From Candidatus Anderseniibacteriota bacterium (GTDB lineage: Bacteria; Patescibacteriota; Andersenbacteria; UBA10190), in assembly GCA_040900375.1 (NCBI GenBank), contig JBBDZC010000003.1, positions 130,586 to 191,595 of the forward strand: a DNA stretch of 61,010 nt, written 5' to 3'. The position numbers were made by a program, and so were the translations under genes. Shown in pieces: positions 1-8,033 of this stretch (position 1 is the first letter of the stretch; every line of letters begins with the position of its first letter). The notes under the pieces were generated by a model, which was given only the letters and a program-made list of their open reading frames with translations, made no database searches and was not told the origin of the DNA.

Positions 1-814
1 TTAAGTATTCGTCAAGAGCTGCTTCCCACGACCGCAATCCTGGCCCCTTAGTATTATTGAGTTTGCTGTACTGCGGTCGCCGGGCAGGAAGGGGATACTG
101 CTCACTGGGGATCGGCTGAACCGTGACGGCTGTACCAACAGCAGTAAAAATGTGGCGGGCGAAGTCATACCAGGTGGTCATACCCGAGTTCACCAGGTGA
201 TAAATTCCCGGCTGGTAGTTTTCCGCCAAGAGAGCATATGTGGCGCGCGCCACATCAAAAGTAAAGGTAGGACTACCATGCTGATCATTAACAACTTTCA
301 GTGAAGAATGATCCTTAGCTAAGTGTAACATAGTGTCAACAAAATTTTTGCCGCCCGGCCCATACAGCCAAGCTGTGCGAATAAGGTAGAAGCGCGGCGC
401 CACTGTTTGGAGAGCCCGTTCCCCGGCGAGTTTAGAAGTCCCGTAGACATTAATGGCTGGGCCAGGCTTATCATCTTCTACATATCCCTCGTCTTTGTCC
501 CCGGGAAAAACATAATCGGTACTGTAATGAATAAGCGTTACTTGCATCTCTTTTGCCACAGTCGCCAGTACATGAACAGCCCTCTCGTTAACAGCAAATG
601 CAGCCCGTGAGTCACTCTCGGCGCCATCCACATTCGTATACGCCGCCGCGTTAATAATATAGTCAGGTTGAAGCTGACTAATCTTCTCGGTCAGTGCCTG
701 GCTGTCAGTTAAATCAACTGTTTCTTTATCCCAGGCAATGGGTGCATACTTCTGACCTAAGCGCGTGAGCGCACTCCCTAACATGCCGCGGGCACCGAGA
801 ATCAACATTTTCAT
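1..814 (-). CDS. rfbD: dTDP-4-dehydrorhamnose reductase (3' end runs off the window)
   Basis: Manual translation from ATG at 814: MKMLILGARGMLG...NAAAYTNVDGAE...HYSTDYVF...YGTSKLAGE...RSWEAALDEYL; not in the ORF track because its stop is outside the window. Confidence 0.93.
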   Translation of the reverse strand, partial: MKMLILGARGMLGSALTRLGQKYAPIAWDKETVDLTDSQALTEKISQLQPDYIINAAAYTNVDGAESDSRAAFAVNERAVHVLATVAKEMQVTLIHYSTDYVFPGDKDEGYVEDDKPGPAINVYGTSKLAGERALQTVAPRFYLIRTAWLYGPGGKNFVDTMLHLAKDHSSLKVVNDQHGSPTFTFDVARATYALLAENYQPGIYHLVNSGMTTWYDFARHIFTAVGTAVTVQPIPSEQYPLPARRPQYSKLNNTKGPGLRSWEAALDEYL

Positions 815-841
815 AGGTCAGAAAATTTCAGGAAGTATATC

Positions 842-1816
842 TTATGCCGCCGGCCGAAGCGGCAGTTTATCTTGCCATTGCCGCACCCACTGCACCAAAT
901 ATCCGACTCCTTCCTTGATGGAAACTTGGGGTTGATAGTTAAGCAAGCGCTTCGCTTTGCTAATATCAGCATATGTCACACGCATCTCTCCCGGCGGCGC
1001 ACTGCGATAGGCAACTGCCGCTTTCTGGCCCGCCGCTATCTCAATCAAAGTAAGCAACTGCTTTAAGCTAATCGGCTCCCCCCGACCAATATTAATAATC
1101 TCACAGCCAGCGCTAAGTTTAAGAGCCGCCACCGCCCCGCGAATAACATCATCAATGTAAGTAAAATCGCGCTGGCGTTCTTCCTGTGTCACCAGAATTT
1201 CCTGCCCCTGCAAGATCCGCTGGCTAAAAATCATTGGCGCCATGTCCGGTCGCCCCCAGGGACCGTAGACACTAAAGAAACGCAGTATGGTCAGGGGAAT
1301 ATCATGCTCGCTGTGCCACTGTTGGCAAGCCTCTTCAGCTAACACCTTTGAGGTACCATAGGGAGACTGGGGTATTAAGGGTTGCTGATCTTCACGAAAA
1401 GGCGTCTGTCCATCGTTATATACTGACGAACTACCCGCAAAAATTACCCGCTCGACTCCGGCGGCAGCGGCCGCTATTAACACCGCTCGCGTGCCCACAA
1501 CGTTCACCTGATGGTAAAGGTCAGGAAAACTATAACTTTTGCCTGGATTAGCATGCGCCGCTAGATGATAGACGGCATTAAATTTTCCTTGCGTAAAAAC
1601 CTGCTGGAGTCGCGCTTGATCCAAAATACTGCCCCGCTGTACCAAGTCGAGGCTTCGATGAGGCAGTAAGTACTTAACCCGGGCTGCTTTCAGATCAGGT
1701 GAATAAAGTAAGGCCGAAAAGTCATCCAGAATGGTTACCTGGTGGCCGGCTTGATCAAGCGCCCTCGCAAGATGAGCGCCGATAAATCCTGCACCACCGG
1801 TAATTAAAATTTTCAT
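842..1816 (-). CDS. NAD-dependent nucleotide-sugar epimerase (UDP-glucuronate 4-epimerase-like)
   Basis: GGAGFIG Rossmann motif, YGTSK catalytic YxxxK, RFFSVYGPWGRPDMA, RDFTYIDD. Confidence 0.88.
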   Translation of the reverse strand: MKILITGGAGFIGAHLARALDQAGHQVTILDDFSALLYSPDLKAARVKYLLPHRSLDLVQRGSILDQARLQQVFTQGKFNAVYHLAAHANPGKSYSFPDLYHQVNVVGTRAVLIAAAAAGVERVIFAGSSSVYNDGQTPFREDQQPLIPQSPYGTSKVLAEEACQQWHSEHDIPLTILRFFSVYGPWGRPDMAPMIFSQRILQGQEILVTQEERQRDFTYIDDVIRGAVAALKLSAGCEIINIGRGEPISLKQLLTLIEIAAGQKAAVAYRSAPPGEMRVTYADISKAKRLLNYQPQVSIKEGVGYLVQWVRQWQDKLPLRPAA

Positions 1817-1881
1817 ACTTTCCCACTGTAGCGCGATCTATTCAGCCTTCGCAATTTTCCCTCGGACAAGTAGTCTAATCC

Positions 1882-2331
1882 TTATCGCGGCTTAGTTGAC
1901 CAGTCAAAATTGATTTCTGGGTCATCAAACGGCAAACGTAATTCATCATTGGTGTCATAGACATGAGTCGTCGAGTAAACTACAAGCGCCGGCTGATGAC
2001 CTAAAACTTTGTATCCATGGACTACGCCATGAGGAATGAATAACACTTGTGGTGATAAATCACCCAGCGGCACTGTCTGTGTCTCTTTATACGTAGGTGA
2101 GGATGTCCGGCGGTCATAGAGTACCGCCAGCACCATGCCATAAGCGCAATACCATAAATCGTCTTGCTGCTCGTGGTAATGAAAGGCTTTTATCACTCCC
2201 GGGTAGCTCATGGTCGCCGACAACTGCGCACAGTGTTGCAGTGGTGTATCAGCAAAGCGAGCAATTTCCCGGAAATAACCGCGATCATCTGCAAAAGTCT
2301 TCAAGGGAATGGTGTTAACACCGGCAATCAT
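1882..2331 (-). CDS. rfbC: dTDP-4-dehydrorhamnose 3,5-epimerase family (cupin)
   Basis: DDRGYFRE, GVIKAFHYH, IPHGVVHGY motifs; start placed at MIAGV (2331). Confidence 0.88.
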   Translation of the reverse strand: MIAGVNTIPLKTFADDRGYFREIARFADTPLQHCAQLSATMSYPGVIKAFHYHEQQDDLWYCAYGMVLAVLYDRRTSSPTYKETQTVPLGDLSPQVLFIPHGVVHGYKVLGHQPALVVYSTTHVYDTNDELRLPFDDPEINFDWSTKPR

Positions 2332-2347
2332 AACTAGGTAGACAATA

Positions 2348-2755
2348 CTACTTCTTTTGCTGTTCAACAAGAAAAGCATCAAGCCAAGCCCGGGCTTCTT
2401 CAGCCGACAACTTTCCGGCCGGCGCAGAGGCGACGGCTACGGACAAAGACTCATCTTTTTTCGACGGCGACAAAGGTGGAACAAATGGCAGCTTACTAGT
2501 AGCGGCTTGGGTTAAAGAGGCGGGCAACAATATTTTACTCCCGGCATCCAGACGCGGCCTGGTCTTTAGCAGCCCGTGTTGTGCGGGCGATAAATTAACA
2601 CTAACCAAGAGGACGATGCCAATTGCCAGCGTCACGACTAAGACCAGATGGCGGTCCGATAAATCAAAAAAGGCGCTAATATTCAGCGCAATCAACAGAG
2701 CGACAATAATCCATAAAATAGTGGCCAACAGAGAATATAAACGCGGCTGACTCAT
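2348..2755 (-). CDS. hypothetical membrane protein (two N-terminal TM helices)
   Basis: Two hydrophobic stretches then a polar tail; fills the lepA-rfbC gap co-directionally; TATACT 9 nt upstream of ATG 2755. Confidence 0.6.
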   Translation of the reverse strand: MSQPRLYSLLATILWIIVALLIALNISAFFDLSDRHLVLVVTLAIGIVLLVSVNLSPAQHGLLKTRPRLDAGSKILLPASLTQAATSKLPFVPPLSPSKKDESLSVAVASAPAGKLSAEEARAWLDAFLVEQQKK

Positions 2756-2806
2756 AAGCGACCGAGTATAGCGCACGGCAGCCGCAAGATCAAGAGCAAA
2801 AAATTA

Positions 2807-4591
2807 TTACCGCTTTAAGACAGCAATGTAAGCGGCAGGAGGAATTTCCACCGTGCCCACCCCGGCCATCTTCTTTTTTCCCTTTTTCTGCTTCTCCAAT
2901 AGTTTTCGTTTTCGAGAATAATCTCCGCCATACAACCCACTGGTGACATCTTTGCGCAGAGCCGTCACTGTTTCGCGCGCGATTACTTTACCCCCAATCG
3001 CCGCCTGCACCGGAATCGCAAACAGTTGCTTGGGAATTACTTCTTTCAGTTTTTCTACCATCCGCCGGCCAATTTTTTCTGCTTTACTAGCCGCTACAAT
3101 AACAGACAGTGCCTCGACTGGTTCATGGTTAATCAAGAAGCTGACTTTCACAACGCTCGTCGGCCGCCAGTCAATAACTTCGTAGTGGAGCGAGCCGTAG
3201 CCCGACGTGACCGATTTCAGCTGATCATAGAGATCAACTACCAGTTCGCGCAGCGGCAACGTATACGTCAAAATAACGCGATCACTGTCAATATACTCTT
3301 GTTGTTGCAGCTCACTCTCCCGATCTTGCATTAACTCGAACACGGCTCCCAGATATGATACCGGAGTGACAATTTCTACCCGCGCGAATTGCTCTTCAAT
3401 CGCCGCAATTGAGGAAGGATCAGGAAATTGGGCAGGGGTCTGAATTTCCTGCTCACTACCGCTCGTCGTCCGAATGCGATATTGAACACTCGGCGTGGTA
3501 ACAACTAAATCCAAATTATACTCTCGCCGTAAGCGCTCTTGAATAATTTCAAGATGCAGCATTCCCAAAAAACCGCAGCGAAACCCCTGGCCCAGAGCGT
3601 GGCTGCGTTCCTGCTGGGCACTAAGGCTGGCGTCGTTAAGTTGTAACTGCAGCACTGCCTCACGCAGAAGGGGAAAAGCATCACCGGCAACCGGATAGAC
3701 ACCAGCAAATACCTTCGGCTGGGGAATCGCAAATCCTGCCAACGGAGTAACGGCCGTACGAGTCTTAAGCAAAGAGATTGTATCCCCCACCCGCGCTTGG
3801 CGCACATCTTTAAGCCCGGTCGCAATGTAACCAATCTCGCCTGCCTGCAAGGATTGACGGGGAGCAAAAGCGGGTGTAAATATACCGGTTTCCACCACCC
3901 GGTCACTGGCGCCTGTTCCTAAAAAGACTATTTCATCACGACTGGTAACTGTCCCTTCCACAATCCGTACGTAGGCAACCACCCCTTTATAGTCATCATA
4001 GGTAGAATCAAAAATTAAAGCGCGCAGGGGTTGATCAATTTCTTCGGCCGCGGGTGGTACCTGTTGACAAATTGCTGCTAGTACGCCCTCGACGCCTGCT
4101 CCTGTTTTTGCCGAGATGGAAATAATATTCTGCCTAGCCCCGCCAAGTAGTCGCTGAAGTTCCTGGGTCACTTTGGGTACATCGGCGGCCGGCAAATCAA
4201 TTTTATTAATCACGGGGATGATCGTCAAATCGTGCTCCAGCGCCAAATACAAATTAGCTATTGTCTGGGCCTGAACCCCCTGCGTCGCATCTACGAGGAG
4301 GATAGCACCTTCCACCGCTTGAAGACTGCGGCTCACTTCGTACTGAAAATCAACGTGACCTGGCGTGTCAATCAGATTGAGAATTTGTCCTTGCCACTGC
4401 ATCCGCACGGGCTGCAGCTTAATCGTAATCCCCTTCTCTCGTTCTAGTTCCATAGAATCAAGCAGCTGCGCTTGCATGTCGCGGCCTGCTACTGTCCCCG
4501 TCATTTCCAGCAGACGATCCGCTAAAGTTGATTTACCATGATCAATATGCGCAATAATGCAAAAGTTATGAATTTTCGGTGCGGACTCCAT
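2807..4591 (-). CDS. lepA: elongation factor 4
   Basis: [38 protein letters not shown]-terminal GGDYSRKRKLLEKQKKGKKKM; start at MESAP (4591). Confidence 0.98.
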   Translation of the reverse strand: MESAPKIHNFCIIAHIDHGKSTLADRLLEMTGTVAGRDMQAQLLDSMELEREKGITIKLQPVRMQWQGQILNLIDTPGHVDFQYEVSRSLQAVEGAILLVDATQGVQAQTIANLYLALEHDLTIIPVINKIDLPAADVPKVTQELQRLLGGARQNIISISAKTGAGVEGVLAAICQQVPPAAEEIDQPLRALIFDSTYDDYKGVVAYVRIVEGTVTSRDEIVFLGTGASDRVVETGIFTPAFAPRQSLQAGEIGYIATGLKDVRQARVGDTISLLKTRTAVTPLAGFAIPQPKVFAGVYPVAGDAFPLLREAVLQLQLNDASLSAQQERSHALGQGFRCGFLGMLHLEIIQERLRREYNLDLVVTTPSVQYRIRTTSGSEQEIQTPAQFPDPSSIAAIEEQFARVEIVTPVSYLGAVFELMQDRESELQQQEYIDSDRVILTYTLPLRELVVDLYDQLKSVTSGYGSLHYEVIDWRPTSVVKVSFLINHEPVEALSVIVAASKAEKIGRRMVEKLKEVIPKQLFAIPVQAAIGGKVIARETVTALRKDVTSGLYGGDYSRKRKLLEKQKKGKKKMAGVGTVEIPPAAYIAVLKR

Positions 4592-4665
4592 GCGCGAAAG
4601 CGTAGTATAGAAGCGGAGGATACGCCAGAAAATCTTGCTTTCTTGCCCCATGGTACAATTTTTCT

Positions 4666-6123
4666 ATGACCTTGTCCGTAAAAAATTCCCCCGCCGAGGT
4701 TCGCCCCACTCCCCTCATCACCCCGACGCCCACTGCCTTAGTTATCTTTGGTGCCACCGGGGATTTAAGCCGCCGCAAACTTCTGCCCGCTCTCTTTGAC
4801 TTGTATCGCCAGGGTCATTTTCCTACTACCTGGCGGATCATTGGCTTCTCTCGCGATCAATACACTACCGCCAGTTTTCGTCAGTTCGTCGAAAAAATTA
4901 TTACCGCCCGCCCGGAAAAACATACTGCTTCTCAGCGTGCAGACTTTCTCCAAAAAATTACCTATCAACCAGGCCAATTTGAGCAGGGACAATCATATTT
5001 AGCTCTCTCCGAAGAACTGATCCGTCTTGAAACCCAAGAGTTTGGTTCTTGCTCTAATAAACTGTTCTATCTGGCCGTTCCTCCCACGTACTACGAGGTT
5101 ATATTTCAAAATTTGGCTCACTCCGGACTTTCGATACCCTGTGCCGGGGCTGATGGCTGGACCCGCGTGCTCGTGGAAAAACCATTCGGTAAAGACTTAG
5201 CCACCGCCCAAAAGCTTGACCAAATCCTAGGCCTGCTTTTTAAAGAAGAACAAATTTTTCGCGTTGACCACTATTTGGCTAAGGAGGCCCTGCAAAATAT
5301 TCTTGCTTTTCGTTTTGCTAATTCAATTTTTGAACTGCTCTGGAACAATACTAATATCGCTAAAGTAGAAATAAAATTCTGGGAAGAACTAGGGGTGGGC
5401 GAGCGCGGCGCCTTCTATGAAGACATCGGCGCTCTGCGAGACGTGGGGCAAAATCATATGCTGCAAATGCTGGCGCTGATTGCTATGGAAGATCCTGGAA
5501 AATTGAGTGCGGCGGCTATCCGTCGTAAACGCACCAATGTTCTCAAACAGCTGCGGCCGCTGACTCCTGCAGACATTCGCCACCATACTGTTCGAGGCCA
5601 GTATGAAGGTTACCGCGCCGAAACCGCTGTGCGCGCAGCCTCTGATACGGAAACTTATTTTCGCTTCCGCGCCTTTGTCGATAATGACCGCTGGCAGGGT
5701 GTTCCCTTCTATTTGGAGAGTGGGAAAAAAATGCAGGAAAACAAAACTGAAATTGCCATTTATTTTCGTGAATCTAATACCTGTCTCACCCAAGTTGCCG
5801 AGGAACGACATCAGAATTTATTAATCTTTCGTATCCAGCCCAACGAAGGCATATCTCTGGTCTTCTGGGCTAAGAAACCAGGCTTTGCAATGGACCTGGA
5901 ATCAAAACTCTTATCGTTTTCGTATCACGATGAGTATAGTCTGCTGCTGCCCGATGCGTATGAACGTGTGCTGTTTGATTGTTTTCGCGGTGATCAAACT
6001 CTCTTCACCAGCACGCAGGAGGTAAAAGCTGCCTGGAAATTTATCACCCCCATTTTGGAACAGTGGCATTCCTCTCCCCTACTCACCTACCAATCAAGTA
6101 GTCGCGGGCCAAAGAACAAGTAG
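4666..6123 (+). CDS. zwf: glucose-6-phosphate 1-dehydrogenase
   Basis: IFGATGDLSRRKL, EKPFGKD, RVDHYLAKE, RDVGQNH, DAYERVL. Confidence 0.97.
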   Translation: MTLSVKNSPAEVRPTPLITPTPTALVIFGATGDLSRRKLLPALFDLYRQGHFPTTWRIIGFSRDQYTTASFRQFVEKIITARPEKHTASQRADFLQKITYQPGQFEQGQSYLALSEELIRLETQEFGSCSNKLFYLAVPPTYYEVIFQNLAHSGLSIPCAGADGWTRVLVEKPFGKDLATAQKLDQILGLLFKEEQIFRVDHYLAKEALQNILAFRFANSIFELLWNNTNIAKVEIKFWEELGVGERGAFYEDIGALRDVGQNHMLQMLALIAMEDPGKLSAAAIRRKRTNVLKQLRPLTPADIRHHTVRGQYEGYRAETAVRAASDTETYFRFRAFVDNDRWQGVPFYLESGKKMQENKTEIAIYFRESNTCLTQVAEERHQNLLIFRIQPNEGISLVFWAKKPGFAMDLESKLLSFSYHDEYSLLLPDAYERVLFDCFRGDQTLFTSTQEVKAAWKFITPILEQWHSSPLLTYQSSSRGPKNK

Positions 6124-6192
6124 TGTGCCAACAAGAGACTACGTATACCAACCCTACCTGATTCATTCCCCCATCAGTGGCGGGTGACTTAA

Positions 6193-6269
6193 GCCTTCGC
6201 CTCGAAGAGGCTACGGCGGGCAAGCACAAGACGAGCAGGCTTGCCAGCCGAAGCCTTAGCGAAGGCTGG
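6193..6269. repeat. pair of REP-like palindromes (CTTGCC...CCG(A/T)AGC...GCGAAGGC family), in inverted orientation
   Basis: 6193-6224 rc = CTTGCCCGCCGTAGCCTCTTCGAGGCGAAGGC; 6240-6269 = CTTGCCAGCCGAAGCCTTAGCGAAGGCTGG; same motif nested in the MITEs at 23.4 and 34.5 kb; lies between convergent zwf and murJ. Confidence 0.65.
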
Positions 6270-6332
6270 GCCCGCGGTTGTGGAAGTAAGTACGTGGGGT
6301 TGATATTAGTTGGCGCGCGAGCAGTCAGCCAG

Positions 6333-7988
6333 CTATTCCGACAACCCACCAAAACGAGGCGTTTCGGTACCGGGCAGTAATTTAACTTTGCGTGGAATGA
6401 ATCGCCGAATGGCCTTGAGCTCCTCGCACTGCAAGATAAAGCACAGGCCAATATAAGCAGCCACGCCGCCGCTTGCCGCTACGATTAATTGAGTGAAAAT
6501 ACCTAAGAAAGTATCCGTGCCCAAAATACCAGCCACGGGATATTTAAGAGTCTGCACGACCGCGCCAGCAACCACCGCCGCCCCCGTAATGCGGACAAGG
6601 CTAATTAGCACCTCGCGATCATTGAAGCCATCGAGCTGCCAATGCAGCGTCCCTAAAAGCAACACGAGGTTAATAATAGCTGCCAAGGAAAAGGCGAGCG
6701 CTAATCCTTCCACTCCGCAGGGCAACTCACGCCACGCCGAGAGCCACAGATAGCGTCCACAGTGCGGGGCCAAAAACAAAGCCAGGCCAATATTCGCTAA
6801 AATGCTAATAAGTGAGATCATCACCGGTGTGCGCGTGTTCTGCCGCACATAAAAAGCCCGCGTCAACAGCGGAATAGTCGCCTGCGCAAACAGACTAGCA
6901 CTAAGCCAGCCTAGAGTCCGAAACGTAAAGATTGTATCTTCCCAGTCGAAGGCACCGTCTCCAAAAAGAACTCGAACAATTTGGGCGCGTAGGAGAAAAA
7001 TAATAACGGCAGTCGGAATAACAAAAAAGAGAATGTAGCGAAACGATTTCGTCAGCGTATTGCGGAAAGCCTTCGTCTCGCCGCGCGCCACATGCTCCGC
7101 CAGCGTCGGGAAGGCAGCTTGGGCGAAAGCTAAACCAAAAATGCCAATGGGCAAGCTTTGGACATTATTAGCAAGGTGAAAAACCGAGATCGTGCCCGCC
7201 GCGAGACTGGAGCCTAGGATTGTTACCATAAATAAATTAACCTGCTGTCCCGCTAAGCCAAACATTCGGGGAATAATCATTCGCCGCAATTTGTTAACAT
7301 CATGAGCCGACCATACAAGAATAGGCTGCCAGCGGAAGCCAACGGCAATTATACTCGGCAGCTGCACGAGCATATGTAAAGCTGCCCCAAGCACAACTCC
7401 CCAGGCTAAGCCCGGTAGCCCTATGAGACGGACAAACCAGGTAGCGCCGATGATAATACCTACGTTGTAGAGAATTGGCGCGAGCGCATAGGCAACAAAG
7501 CGCTTATAGGAATTTAACACTCCCGAAAAAACAAAACTAACCCCTAGCAAAATCGGCTGCAAGGCCATGATCTGCGAAAGCATAATCGTCAACTCAAGCT
7601 TTTCCCCCATAAAACCCGGCGTGATGAGGGGCACAATTAAGGGAGCCGCCAGCGCGTAGAGCACACTTAAAACTGTCACAATCATGACAACTAAGTTTAA
7701 AACAGAGAGAGCAAAGTCATGAGCCTGGTCCCGCCCCACCTTTTTTTTGACCAACTTCTCGGTAAAAAGAGGGATAAACGCCGCCGAGAGTGCGCCCACT
7801 ACCACCAAATTAAAAATTAAATCGGGCAGACGAAAAGCCGCCACAAACGCATCAAAAGTATCGCCTGCGCCAAAGGTGGTTGTGAGAACTCGTTCACGAA
7901 TCAAACCCATGAGGCGTGAGCCTAATGAGGAAACACCTAAAATAATGGCTGCCGGAACAACTTGGCTACTCGTGTTATTAAGTGACAT
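6333..7988 (-). CDS. murJ: lipid II / polysaccharide flippase MurJ (MviN)
   Basis: SRLMGLIRE, DAFVAAFRLPDLIF, GALSAAFIPLF, many TM helices. Confidence 0.95.
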   Translation of the reverse strand: MSLNNTSSQVVPAAIILGVSSLGSRLMGLIRERVLTTTFGAGDTFDAFVAAFRLPDLIFNLVVVGALSAAFIPLFTEKLVKKKVGRDQAHDFALSVLNLVVMIVTVLSVLYALAAPLIVPLITPGFMGEKLELTIMLSQIMALQPILLGVSFVFSGVLNSYKRFVAYALAPILYNVGIIIGATWFVRLIGLPGLAWGVVLGAALHMLVQLPSIIAVGFRWQPILVWSAHDVNKLRRMIIPRMFGLAGQQVNLFMVTILGSSLAAGTISVFHLANNVQSLPIGIFGLAFAQAAFPTLAEHVARGETKAFRNTLTKSFRYILFFVIPTAVIIFLLRAQIVRVLFGDGAFDWEDTIFTFRTLGWLSASLFAQATIPLLTRAFYVRQNTRTPVMISLISILANIGLALFLAPHCGRYLWLSAWRELPCGVEGLALAFSLAAIINLVLLLGTLHWQLDGFNDREVLISLVRITGAAVVAGAVVQTLKYPVAGILGTDTFLGIFTQLIVAASGGVAAYIGLCFILQCEELKAIRRFIPRKVKLLPGTETPRFGGLSE

Positions 7989-8033
7989 GAAAATACATCA
8001 TAAAGGAGGTAGTCGCTGTCAGTAAACTCGGTT

